DNA of 64,000 bases from Octopus vulgaris (lineage: Eukaryota). The stretch covers positions 23,002,001 through 23,066,000 of the forward strand of contig OX597815.1 of the NCBI GenBank assembly GCA_951406725.2, read 5' to 3'. This document shows, piece after piece, positions 40,013-54,859 of this stretch (position 1 is its first letter; each line of letters begins with the position of its first letter). The notes under the pieces are model-generated. The model had not been told where the DNA came from and searched no databases. It was given only the letters and a program-made list of their open reading frames with translations. The position numbers and the translations under genes were made by a program.

Positions 40013-41030
40013 ATCATCATCATCATCATCATCATCATTTAGCGTCCGTTTTCCATGCTAGCATGGGTTGGACGGTTCAACTGGGGTCTGGGGAGCCCGA
40101 AGGCTGCACCAGGCCAGTCAGATCTGGCAGTGTTTCTACAGCTGGATGCCCTTCCTAACGCCAACCACTCCGAGAGTGTAGTGGGTGATTTTATGTGCCA
40201 CCGACACAGGTGCCAGACGAGGCTGGCGAACGGCCACGCTCGGATGGTGTTTTTATGTGCCACCGACACAGGTGCCAGACGAGGCTGGCAGAGTACGCTC
40301 GGATGGTGTTTTTATGTGCCACCGACACAGGTGCCAGATGAGGCTGGCAGGTGCCAGACGAGGCTGGCAGACGGCCACGCTCGGATGGTGTTTTTATGTG
40401 CCACCGACACAGGTGCCAGATGAGGCTGGCGGACGGCCACGATCGGATGGTGTTTGTTACGTCCCCAAAGCACGGAGGCCAGTCTATGCGGTACTGGCTA
40501 CGGCCACGTTCGGATGATTTTCTTGTGTGCCACCGGCACTGGTACCACAAAGGTACAAATTCCATTTATGTTCATCTATTTTGATTTGTTTTGATTTGAT
40601 TTGATTTGATTTTCACTTGCCTCAACAGGTCTTCACAAGTGTCACAAGAAGGAAGGTATGCACAGGTGGACTGTCTACGTCGCCGCGTCTTCGGATGGTG
40701 TCTTTATGTGCCACCGGTACTGGAACCACAAAGATACAAATTCCATTGATGTTCATCTATTTTGATTTGGTTTGATTTTGATTTTCACTTGCCTCAACAG
40801 GTCTTCACAAGTGTCACGCGTGTCACACACTTGCCTCAACAGGTCTCCACAAGTGTCACACACTTGCCTCTGCCTCAACAGGTCTTCACAAAGTGTCACA
40901 CACTTGCCTCTGCCTCAACAGGTCTTCACAAGTGTCATAAGAGGGAAGGTATGCACAGGTGGACTGACTACGTCGCCGGGTCTTTGGATGGTGTTTTTAT
41001 GTGCCACCGACACAGGTGCCAGGTGAGGCT
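40013..41030 (-). mobile_element. RTE-type 3' UTR with amplified internal repeats
   Basis: (CAT)n tail, ~60-bp TTTATGTGCCACCGACACAGGTGCCAGA units, ~180-bp duplication and ~30-bp CACTTGCCTCAACAGGTCTTCACAAGTGT units. Confidence 0.88.
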
Positions 41031-41255
41031 GATATATATATATATATATATATATTTTGGATTTAATTTAATTTAATTAAATTCGATTACGTAAAAACGT
41101 CGAAACTATGCATAGTCCAAAGTTGAAGGGGATAAATGTTTTTATTTCTCCTTTAGTTTCAGAATTACTACTATTTTGCGGTTTGAGTTTAGCTGCTCTT
41201 TCAAGTGAGTTGAACGGCCTGTCAGGGTCATTCCTTAATACTATTGTTGTATATA

Positions 41256-41291
<36 letters not shown>

Positions 41292-41996
41292 TGTATACAT
41301 ACATACATACATACATGCATGCACACTTACATACCTGCACACATTAAGTCTTATAAATCTTAGCAACAGAAGCAAAATGAATGTAAAACAGTAAAAAAAA
41401 AACATTCTATTCATCTCTGCTTACTCACTTTACCCCCAACCCCACCAACCAAGTAATACCAATTCACCTGGCAGTTACATTTAAAAGAAAAGCTTAAAAT
41501 ATTTATTCAAACGATTATGCTTATCTGAGAAAATAATGAATAATACAGTTTGTATTATATTACATGGTACAAAAAAAATCCATTCCAGAGAAATGTAAAT
41601 ATTAAAATGAGGAAATCAAAACAACTGTACAGTAAGTGTTTTAAGCCATTTTTTCTGCCAATGCAGCTTGTAGGACCTGTGATAGTCTTTTCCATTTTCT
41701 GTAGTTCTTTACACACTCCCTCATCACTTTCTTTGCCTTCGTTTCCTCATTTATCACCTTTACCCATGTCTTCCTTTCTTTGAAACAACCATTGGCATTT
41801 TTGCAAACAGTGGCACCAACCAATTCATCAAATGGTCTGATTGTATAGTTTTAATCACTTCATTGGCTGTGTCCCAACTACATGGTTCTGGGCACAGCAG
41901 ACATTTTGGACAGATTTCTTCTACTATAGACCCAGGCCAGTCAAAGCCTTGTGGATGAACTTGTTAGAAGGAAACTGAAAGAAGTCTGTTACATAT

Positions 41997-41999
<3 letters not shown>

Positions 42000-42068
<69 letters not shown>

Positions 42069-42290
42069 ACACACACACATACACACACAATCACACACAC
42101 ACACTCACACACACACGCACACACATACACACACACATACAAACACATACACACATATACACACACACACACAATCACACACAGACAATCACACACACAT
42201 ACACACACACAATCACACACACGCACACAATCACACACACATACACACACATATATACACACATATACACACATACACACACATACACGT
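42000..42290. repeat. (CA)n-rich microsatellite inside a SINE B-like element
   Basis: Directly visible. Confidence 0.9.
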
Positions 42291-42811
42291 ATGTATCGTG
42301 TGTGTATGTTCTTGCTCCTTGTCTTGACAAAACAGGATATTTGCAAACGAGTGTCGCTGCTATGCGAGTAATGTTGTCATTCATTTCCAACATTCTGCAC
42401 ATACATGTCTGGTTCTGAGAAAGTATTACTTTACCTGGAAATAAGATGGGTGTTGGTGACAAGAAGGGTTTGTGGTTGTAGACAATCTGCCTCAATAAAC
42501 TATGTCCAAATATGGAAAAGTTGTTATTAAAATGATGACAATAATCATGATGATGATGATGATATCTATATACATATATCATTATGTATTTATTTTGCAT
42601 TATGTACTTATGTGTTTGTTTTGCAAGATTCCTGATGTGAAACCGTGTGTTGAAACAGATTTTGTTATATTTGGGAATGTGTCTCCTTTTGTTCTGTTTA
42701 ATCTATAGTGTCTGTATGGACTAAATCGAATAAGAAAAGACACATGGGATAGAGAGTCACTGAAGAGGTCACAGGATGTGTGACAAAAGAGCAAAGGACA
42801 CTAAAATAATC

Positions 42812-43022
42812 TTTTCTACTATAGGCACAAGGCCTGACATTATGGGAGAGGGGACCAATCGATTACATCGACCCCAGTGTTTCACAGGTACTTAATTTAT
42901 TGACCCCGAAAGGATGAAAGGCAAAGTCGACCCTGGCAGCATTTGAACTCAGAACGTAATGACAGGAAAAATACTGCTTAAGCATTTTGCCCAGCATACT
43001 AACAATTCTGCCACCTCACCAC
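42812..43022 (-). mobile_element. SINE family A variant (alternative tail)
   Basis: Shares head and central domain; tail of the type seen at 22480-22528. Confidence 0.85.
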
Positions 43023-43039
43023 CTTCAAAAGGACACTGA

Positions 43040-45240
<2,201 letters not shown>

Positions 45241-45333
45241 AGCTGAATTGAATACCAAGTATATAGTGCATATGTTTAATTGGCAAAAATATGACCATCA
45301 CCAAATATAACATCATCATCATTTAACATCCAT

Positions 45334-45581
45334 TGTCCATACGTGATTTAGTCAGGAAGAAAGGCAGTGCCCAGGATCTTTTACAGAGCCTTTAAGACTG
45401 GTGGGAGGAAAGAAGGTCTCTTCAAACATTGGATCTAACCCATATGCTTGTTAAAGGTAACCAAAGTGCCAGGTGGGATGTAAAACCAAGGACCATTAAA
45501 TTTGTGAACCAAGTAGACCAAGGCAGGATTTGAACACACAAAGCATAGAACCAGAACAAATATTGCAAGGTAACTGGTCCA
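45334..45581 (+). repeat. Local duplication, second copy at about 46975-47226
   Basis: Colinear ~245-bp match. Confidence 0.85.
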
Positions 45582-46061
45582 TGCATTTCTTAAAGTTCAT
45601 CCAAGCCACCATGCTGGATTGATATTTTTTCATTAACCCTCAGAGGAAAAAGGCAAAGCTGACCTCGGTGGAATTTGGACCTAGGGTATGGAGAGTTAGA
45701 ACAAATACTGCAAAGCATTCTATCCAGTGAGTCAGCCAAATCACTACCTACATATTTTAGACTTAGTTTAAATCGGTTGGGCTTTTGATTTCATAAAGCA
45801 CAGAATCCTTAATATTTATGGAAGGTTAGCTAGTCCTCCTCACATGCACTGAATATTTATCTGATCTGGAAAAATTTATTTTTTAAAGTTTATAAAGCAC
45901 CATTTCTATAACATATTTGTAATTTAAACAAATTCCTCAGTGAGGAATTTAACCAGAATAACTGTCTAAAAAAGAAAACAAACATTAATTCTTTTGTAAA
46001 TATGTGGTAAAATTTAAACCAGAACCTGAAACCATAAGAGAAATTCGAGGAAGTAGCTCAC

Positions 46062-46124
46062 CGTCTTCCAGAAGGTTAAAGAGTACAGCTTACAGGTGTA
46101 ATAACTGTAATTAACTTGGAAGAG
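46062..46124 (-). CDS. Candidate 63-nt exon of an unidentified gene
   Basis: tgtttttctttataacAG acceptor, ACG|GTGAGC donor, only frame 0 open: LFQVNYSYYTCKLYSLTFWKT. Confidence 0.3.
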
Positions 46125-46629
46125 CTGTTATAAAGAAAAACATTTTATCTAATGACATCATGGTTTTACCAATAGGGTAATATTAAAACCACGGCCATCA
46201 CCACCACCACTACCACTTCTACTTCTGCTACTGCTGCTGCTGCTGCTACTACTACTACTACTATTCATCATCATGACTATGATATGAAGGACAATACTTG
46301 AAACAAAGATAGAATTGTTATGAGACAAAAACTAGCTCAAAGATGAAGTTTGATATGATCTATCATTAATGTTGGGTATTTAAAATAAATGTTGTCTTAG
46401 TAATTAAATAACAGACCTCAAAGATTCCTTTATATAAGGCTCTCTATAAAACCTTAAAACCATCTCTATGCATTATACTGAGTTGAAATAATGGATTAGT
46501 AGTAAGGTGTCTCTGTATCTCTGACTTTAAATCTTGTCAAGGTTAATTTTGCATTTCCCCCTGTTTGGGGTAATTAATATAACCCAAGTCCAGGACTGCA
46601 GTTGATTCTTCTTTTGCTTTTTTCATTAG

Positions 46630-46920
46630 AAGAGCACCATTTGAGCATGATTGTTACCAATGTCGCTTCACTGGCATGTGTAAAAAGATTCGAGGGAGAT
46701 CATTGCCAGTACCGCCTGACTGGCCCCCGTGCTGGTGGCACGTAAAAAGCACCCACTACACTCTCGGAGTAGTTGGCGTTAGGAAGGGCTTCCAGCTGTA
46801 GAAACTCTGCCAGATCAAGATTGAAGCCTGGTGCAGCCATCTGGCTCGCCAGCCCTCAGTCAAAATCGTCCAACCCATGCTAGCATGGAAAGCGGACGTT
46901 AAATGATGATGATGATGATG
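46630..46920 (+). mobile_element. RTE-tailed SINE/LINE 3' fragment
   Basis: Matches 331-530, ends in (GAT)n. Confidence 0.85.
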
Positions 46921-47634
46921 GTGATATTGACAGTGGTCAGCTCTGGAAGGAGTTGGGCTCTGCCAAGTTTAAATGTCCATACATACATGATTTAGTCAGG
47001 AAGAAAGGCAGTGCCCAGGATCCTTTACAGAGCCTTCAAGACTGGTGTGAAGAAAGAAGGTCTCTTCAAACATTTGGATCTAACCCATATGCTTGTTAAA
47101 GGTAACCAAAGTGTCAGGTGGGATATAAAACCAGGGACCATTAAATCTGTGAACCAAGTAGACCAAGGCAGGATTTGAACACACAATGCATAGAACCAGA
47201 ACAAATATTGCAAGGTAACTGGTCCAAATATGTTTGAAGTATATGCCATATATTACAACTGTGCCTCTACAACTCCTTGAGTTGAGGACCAAGGCAAGAC
47301 AAACATTCAGGATTAAAATCCTACCAACATTCAATTTATCATTTCATCTAAAGAGTGAAGTGGAAGCTTCAGAATAAAAACCAAGTTTGTATTGAAATAA
47401 ATAAATAATAATGTTTTTCCAGCACAATAAATATAATGATTTAAATAGGAATTAAGTGCATAATAACTATACCATATCTAATACTGACACACCAGAAACA
47501 CATTTCCTATCATCAGTCACTCCTAATTCCTAAGATAGAGATGTCAACACAAATAATAGTATATAATTTGTTATTGTTTTTATGCATTTATTTTGTGTTA
47601 AAACGTTTCTTTTTTTCCTTTTTTCCTGCCTCAC

Positions 47635-47706
47635 CTTGTAATAAACATATACAAACCGTGAAAAATAACTGTTAAAGTTAGAAACTAGGTTGTTACAAAC
47701 AGTAAC
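47635..47706 (-). CDS. Candidate 72-nt exon of an unidentified gene
   Basis: cttatattttAG acceptor, AAG|GTGAGG donor, only frame 0 open: VTVCNNLVSNFNSYFSRFVYVYYK. Confidence 0.3.
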
Positions 47707-48110
47707 CTAAAATATAAGTCCTTCAGTAGGACTAAATTGGAAGATAACAATTAAGTAAATAAAACAAAAGCTTTCAGACTAATGCAAAGTAGAAATAAAA
47801 AATTTAAAAAAAAAAAGAAAGAAAAATAGAAATACAGAGTGTTGAGGCTAAATTCTACAGTTTGCATAAAAGGATAAGAAAACACAATATGCAGCACGGA
47901 TTTTTGTCAGTGAACAGGTCGCGGATTTTAGCGACGAAAATATTTTGACAAATTAAACTTAAATGTTGAAGTGAATCGAACGGCTTTTGTGCGTTTCTTA
48001 AATGGCTTATAAACACCTTCCACACTGCAAAACACAATAACCCGTCCAAAAATAAGGGTATTTTGAAAAATCAGAAAATATCAACAAGATTATGGCTGGG
48101 AGATAATAGT

Positions 48111-49027
48111 TTACTCAAAGTAGTCACCCTCAGCTTCCAGCACAGCTTCAAGACAGCTCCAGAACCTAATGCATACATTCCTTACTGTGTATCTGAGAAG
48201 ACCTTCAAACACTTCCATGGTCTTGGCCACCAGCTCAGCCTTGGTGCTGCAGGCTGAGCAGTTGGTGTCTGTCTCAACTGCATGACACACATAGGAATCC
48301 ATGGGATTACAATCAGGGGAATTAGGAGGCCAGAAATTGGGAATTGGGACTGGTGAAGCCATAGAAATTCTCCAAAAACTGATTCTCAATCTTTCCGGAA
48401 ATAAGGCAAGGAGCTGAATCCTGCTGCCACACATGGCCTTCCAGCATCATCATCATCCTCATCGAGACAATGGAATTTACCATGCTACGCCAGACTTCAC
48501 GGTCCATCATAGCATTACGGAGGTCCTGTCGCTGGATGGCTGTATCCCTGGAGATTACATCAGGGTAAGAGAGTCTGTGCCCTCTGGTATCACAAGCAGA
48601 TGGCTTCCAGAGGAGAAGAGTAAAAATTGTCTCGTTTTCAGCTCTACAACAATGTCCAGCAAACTGGACTCTCCTACCTTTCACAAGAGATGAGATGCCT
48701 TCCAGCAGCAACCCTCTCCAGCCAGGAATAGACAACAGCCCCCAGCATCATCTTCACATTTGAGCCTAAGGCCATATCCATCAGTTGTTGGATGATTCCC
48801 AGAATGCAGACACAGTCAGAATGCTTGCCATATCCCTTCCAGCTGGCCACAGCTTTGTAGCCTCTATTGCAGCTGTCCATTTCACATCTTTGTAGTCTCC
48901 ATTACATCTGTCCATTTACAGGGATTTCAGAGCATTTAGCAGCTATCAGGATGTTGACATTTTGGTACTTGACATAAATCACCATGATAACTCTTTTCCA
49001 ATATTCAGATGGCTTCCGGTCCTCCAT
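48111..49027 (-). pseudogene. Decayed, internally deleted maT/DD37D (Tc1/mariner) transposase
   Basis: N-terminus MEDRKPSEYWKR; C-terminus WLERVAAGRP..WQQDSAP..WPPNSPDCNPMD..LEAVLEAEGDYFE*. Confidence 0.85.
48447..48696 (-). mobile_element. RTE-like LINE 3' fragment inserted in the maT transposase
   Basis: RRVQFAGHCCR..MMDREVWR; (GAT)n tail; 11-bp TSD GCCTTCCAGCA (48436-48446 / 48697-48707). Confidence 0.88.
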
Positions 49028-49087
49028 GTCAGCTAACTTTTCTTCAAATACAGCCTTAATCATTGTGTTCTGTAACACTATGGACTG

Positions 49088-49607
49088 TTCACAAATACAT
49101 CAAGCTATTCCTGAAAAAGAGACAAAAATATCATCAAATTTAGCCCATATGCCCATAAAGTCAAAGGGAAAATTCACAAATACATCAAGCTATTCCTGAA
49201 AAAAGAGACAAAAAAAATCATCAAATTTAGCCCATATGCCCAGTAAGTCAATGGGAAAATTCACAAATACATCAAGCTATTCCTGAAAAAAGAGACAAAA
49301 AAAAATCATCAAATTTAGCCCATATGCCCAGTAAGTCAAAGGGAAAATTCACAAATACATCAAGCTATTCCTGAAAAAAGAGACAAAAAAAATCATCAAA
49401 TTTAGCCCATATGCCCATTAAGTCAAAGGGAAAATTCACAAATACATCGAGCTATTCCTGAAAAAAGAGACAAAAAAAATCATCAAATTTAGCCCATATG
49501 CCCAGTAAGTGAAAGGGAAAATTCAAAAATACATCAAGCTATTCCTGAAAAAAGAGACAAAAAAATCATCAAATTTAGCCCATATGCCCAGTAAGTGAAA
49601 GGGAAAA
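49088..49607. repeat. Minisatellite, 6 x 85-88 bp
   Basis: Units start at 49088, 49173, 49260, 49348, 49435 and 49522; they differ mainly in A-run length. Confidence 0.95.
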
Positions 49608-49839
49608 TAGACTGAGATGGTTATGGCTATCAAAAGAGAATTCTATCACCTAAAACATAATAATGTTGATTGGCAGAATCATTAGAACATCAGACAAAAT
49701 GCCTTGCAGTATTTATAGTCAACTTTACCCTTCCCCCTGATAAGTACTAGTAAAAGGATTGGGGCTTATTTGTATTCCTGTAATATACTTATTAGATCAT
49801 CATCATTTAGCAACTGTTCAAATGTAGAATTTATTAGCA

Positions 49840-50490
49840 GGAAACCATGATGGTCCTCTGGAGGACACTTGTCCTAAGCCACTTTGACTATTGCTCTCAG
49901 CTATGGTCACCATCCAGTGTCAAGTTAATCACAGAACTTGAGGTGATCCAACGAAGCTACACGAAGAAGATAGCCTCTGTGCAGCATATAAGCTACTGGG
50001 AAAGACTCAAGAGACTAAGACTCTATTCCTTAGAGCATAGGCGAGAAAGATATGCCATAATATACATCTGGAAGATCCTAGAAGGACTTGTTCCAAACTT
50101 TGGCATCGAGAGTTACACAAATGCCAGAACTGGGTGCCACTGCATAGTGCCAAGGACTCCAAATTTGCCATCAAGATGTAGGACGAGATACTGTGATAGC
50201 CTGGGCTTCCGAGGCCCACAGCTCTTCAATATCCTCCCAAAGAACCTAAGAGACCTGCATGGGGTGGATGCAGATGTCTTTAAAATAAAACTGGATCTCT
50301 TCCTGTCAGGTGTCCCAGATGAACCAACTTCACGGCAGGAGGTGCAGATGAGGGCAGCTGCATCGAACTCTCTCATTCACCAAATGGCAGTTGCTAAAAA
50401 GCATTTGTGAAGTAAAATCATGTAGCAACACCAAATGGCGGTGCCCCAGCATGGCCACAGCTTGTGAGCTGAAACTAGATAAAAGTAAAA
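49840..50490 (+). mobile_element. CR1-like LINE 3' fragment
   Basis: LVLSHFDYCSQLWSP..ISYWERLKRLRLYSLEHRRERY..FKIKLDLFLSGVPDEP; homologous to 29000-29640. Confidence 0.9.
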
Positions 50491-50825
50491 AAAAACATAA
50501 AATAAAATAACGAGCACCACTGAAAAGTGTGATTGTTTGATTGCTTTTCATTTTCTATACAATATACATATGGGTTCGATGTTATATTAAATGAATGAAC
50601 GTTCTATACATTGGTTATATTACATACATTTTTTGCATGAAATGGTATGTGACTGTTGTCACTTTCGGTTTCTATTGCAATTTCTTATGACAAATTACTT
50701 TCACTTTTTTACCACCGTAAACTGCATGTTATCCTTTATATTTTACACAGTTAAATCTCTGCTGACATACGAAGCATAATCTTAACCTTTATTGACAGGC
50801 AAAAGTCATGTGTGTGTGTGTGTAT

Positions 50826-50949
50826 GGGTCCGGGTTTAGTTCCATTGCGTAGCACCTTGGGCAAGTGTATACTGCTAGAGCCTCGGGCCGACCAAAACCT
50901 TGTGAGTGGATTTGGTTGATGGAGACTGAAAGAAACCCATTGTATGTGT

Positions 50950-51041
<92 letters not shown>

Positions 51042-51184
51042 GTAGGCTGGCAGGCAGGTAAACAGACAGGGAGGCAAGCAGGCAGACAGGCAGGCAGATA
51101 GACAGACAGACAGAGAGATAGATAGACAGTTAGATAAAACTTACATGGAAATGGACGTGTGGCATTCAATCATATAATAATATA

Positions 51185-51247
<63 letters not shown>

Positions 51248-52862
51248 TATATACATACATATATGTACATACATATATATGGGCACAGAAAGCAAACAAC
51301 ATGAAATACGAAATACAAAAACATGGAATACAAACTTTTTTTGCAAACAACAAAAGAAACAAATGGAAAACAAGATAAGTAACATAAAGAACGACCCTTA
51401 ATCAGTTGTCGGCTGTTTTTCTACTCCGTATTTCGAGCAATTCACGACAAGATATGCTTTCGACAAAACAGTTGCTCCCGTAAAGCAAATTAAATCAAAT
51501 TTGGGATTTTGCGGAGGGTCAAAGTTGGTAACAAAAACAGGACAGTGAAAACAAACAGGAAGGGCTGCTAAGCCTAAACGAGGTGAGGTGGTGAACGATG
51601 GTGGAACAAGACTTGACAAAAGACATACGTCTGATCCCTGCAAAAAGAAAGAACTTCAAGTTAGTAAAAGAAAGATGGCCGATGGTCACATGCGAGCAAC
51701 GAGAGAGCAAAGGAGGAAGAGTAAGGGAGAGAGAGGGACAGACAGAGAACGGCGAAAGGGAGAGGAAAAAAATTAGAGAAGGGATGAGAGAAAAAGAAAC
51801 GAAAGAGGGAGAAAAAGGAATTAGAGTAAGGAAGGGAGAGGAAACGAAAGAGAAATATTGGGTTGACAATTAAGTTCCTGCCGTTCTTTTAGAATTTAAA
51901 TTTTTTAAAAGGTTTAATAAAAAAAATAGCTAATTAATCAATAATGTATTCACCCTTGTTGTTTACAAAATATTCCCAAAGTTCAACAAGGTTTTCAATA
52001 CTTCGTTGGTAGAAATCATCCGATTTCGACTCGAAAAATCGATCCAACCAAGCTCTCAATTCTGCATCAATACTGAACGAAACTCCATTTTCCGTCGCCA
52101 GTAACGATTCGGTAAAGAAATCGTTGCTTGTGTCCATGAGTTGAGCGGTGACGAGCAAGCAAACCAGCGGAGGTTGTGGCTCGTTGATTTTTGTTGTTGT
52201 CACTTAAAGCATGCGGAACCCATTCTCCATACTTTTGAACCTTTCCCATCGAGTGAAGATGCTTCTCTATAGAAGTGTGGAAACATTCCATTTTCTCTGC
52301 CAGTTCCCTTGTCGTTTGACGAGAATTTTCGTGTAAAAGTTGGTTTAATCGCTCGTCATCGAACTCAACTGGACGGCCAGAACGAGGTGCGTCTTTGAGG
52401 TCAAAATTTCCATTTTTGAACTTGGCATACCAATCACGAGCGGTTCTTTCAGCTATGGCACCCTCTCCATACACAACACAAATGTCGCTAGCAGCTTTTG
52501 CGGCCTTAGAACTTTGAAAGAAGGATGTGTCGAAAATGCTCGTTTTTCTTAGTTTGACATTCCATGTTAATGGTCTGAAAATAAACAAAAATTAACTAAA
52601 ATTAACTAGAAAAAAAAAAGCAAAGTAGATTCCAAAATGATTAAAAAATAGAATTCGCGAAAAAAAAAAATAGATTCCAAAATTTAAAAACACAATAAAT
52701 TCCAAAATTTTAAAAAACCGCGGGAACTTAGTTACCAACCCAATAGAATAGAACAAGTGTTGCATCAAAATTATTAGGATAAAACTTACTTGGAAAAATG
52801 GATGCGTGGCGTTCAATCATATAATATAAATAACATAGATATATGCATATATACATACATAC

Positions 52863-52910
<48 letters not shown>

Positions 52911-52971
52911 TACTTACATATATATGTGTATACATATGCATATATGGGCACAGGACGTCACATAACGTATA

Positions 52972-53037
<66 letters not shown>

Positions 53038-53212
53038 TCTCTACCCTCTGCCTGACAACTGATTTGCTGTGTTTATGTCCCTCGTAACTTAGCAGTTCGG
53101 CAAAAGAGACCGATAGAATAAGTCCTAAGCCTTAAAAATAAGTCCTAGGGTCGATTTGTTGGACTAAAATCCTTCATGGATGGAGTCAAATGACTGAAAC
53201 AAGATAAAAGAT
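50826..53212 (+). mobile_element. SINE family B split by ~2 kb of nested sequence in its central microsatellite
   Basis: 5' half at 50826-50945, 3' half at 53030-53212. Confidence 0.6.
51858..52743 (-). mobile_element. Internally deleted mariner (DD34D type) element
   Basis: TA TSDs, TIRs TTGGGTTG..AA.TAAGTTCC; MECQ..EHFRH, DAPRSGRP, WVPHAL, IVTGDGKW fused directly to the C-terminal FFESKSDDFYQR..KGEYIID. Confidence 0.93.
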
Positions 53213-53350
53213 ATACACACACAGACACACACACACACACATGCAAAAAATAAAGCCGAAAAGGCACAACTTAATTGTATCCTCATCTGTCCCAAGCGGT
53301 TTTTACTCTTTGAGCTACTCTAGATGAATAAGTAGTTCGTTTTCGAAGTA

Positions 53351-53879
53351 ACGTAAATCCTCGAGTATAATCCGCACTTTTTCCCAAAAATTTAAATGTT
53401 AAAATCCCTAGTGCGTACTATATACGAGGTTAAAAATGAAAAATATTTTCTAATCAATGTCCGAGTCTCTATTTGCTGTCCGACAATGTTTATTCAGACG
53501 CATTTTGTGATGTCGGGGGCGAAAATACCTTAAGCTAAGCTTGAAAGCAATGAAGTCATAAAATAATCATCCATAACTTGCAGTAAGCAACATTTATTGA
53601 AATAAAAGTATTCAGAACACAGAATAACATGTAAAAAAAACAAAAAACAATTTGCAAACATATTTACATTCCCATATAACAGTTAAGAACATCTCCATTA
53701 TTGTATTACGCATGCGCGGAAGTGTTTGTTCAACAAGGTGCTGCTGGCTTAATTATGCACGACTCAAGATAGAGAAGGGGTGCGTATTATACACAAGGTT
53801 TAGGTTTTTCAGAAGTACAGCCCCCTAAAAATCTCCTGCGTATTATACTCAAGGGCGGACTATACTCGAAGATTTACGG
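53351..53879. mobile_element. Tc2-like (Tc1/mariner) MITE
   Basis: TA|ACGTAAATCCTCGAGTATAATCCGC ... GCGGACTATACTCGAAGATTTACGG|TA. Confidence 0.8.
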
Positions 53880-54685
53880 TAGTTAAAGAAATAGTTTGCC
53901 CTATATAACGCTCGTCTTTGTATAATAGTGTTCTTTATAACAAGGCATGGCATTCACAGTGATTAATAATCAAGCGTTTAGGCGCAGCTAATATTTCTTA
54001 ATTTTTGTTCTATGTTGATTTGTGATTGTTACGTTGTTGAATCAGAACGTAATATAAATTGGGAGCAATTTAAAAGTTAGGTAGGTTTATTCCTGCACAT
54101 ATTACTATGTGGCCACTCATCAGATTTTACCGCCTTCCCCTTCAATATGGAATAACAAAAGCTGGCTGGTTAGCTTATAAAATTTATAGTAATGATATAC
54201 TAAAATAATCTAGGATAGCTGTAACTGCCTCCCGTAAAATGTCTCAAAACTTCTGGAATGTACCTCATACCTGTCTGTTCGTCTGTCTGTCTGTATGTAT
54301 GTATGGATGGATGGATATATTATATATATGCCATTATTCAGTTTATTTCAAGATTTCTTGTCAACAGAGAAAGAACCGGTTTCTAACCTAGATTCAAGGC
54401 TCCTCCATTGGAATTTCAACAGCAACAACAGGGTATTTTTGTATGTGTGTATGTATGTATGTATGTATGTATGTATGTATGTATGTATGTATGTATGTAT
54501 GTATGTGCAGATTTGTATGCTTTATGCATGTATTCTCATGCATAGAATTACATATCTAGACATGTTCATATGTATTTGAATGATAAACTTCTGGAAAGTT
54601 TTACAGATTTTTACAGTTCCCGTGATGGATTGGATCTGTAGCCTTCGAATTACCTTTCTCCTTTCTGGTTTACCAAGCTGTTCCA

Positions 54686-54859
54686 GTGATCGTTAGTCAC
54701 ATGTAGCGACATGCTGGTATTTCTCTTGTATACACAGAGCAACTCATTGCCTTATCTCTCGTTATTAGCCGTGCCACACACACACACTAATCACCATCTA
54801 CACATGGATTTTTACTGACTATTAGTGTGTTAATCCTTTTCTGCCAGCATCATTCCATC
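54686..54859 (+). repeat. Local repeat, second copy at 57410-57584
   Basis: Colinear ~175-bp match. Confidence 0.85.

Noticed and set aside
41641-41850. Coding-looking minus ORF (RPFDELVGATVCKNANGCFKERKTW..)
   Set aside because: In-frame stop just upstream, weak acceptor and no family I can name; may be a transposase remnant, and a tBLASTn search would settle it
49088-49607. CRISPR-like periodicity (also 40190-40460)
   Set aside because: Whole units repeat with no unique spacers, there are no cas genes, and the context is eukaryotic
54335-54420. Minus-strand GAAACCGGTT with upstream hairpin, resembling a hammerhead
   Set aside because: The 5' core reads AUGGAGGA and no adjacent stem I forms; probably a pseudo-LTR relic but not supportable as a ribozyme
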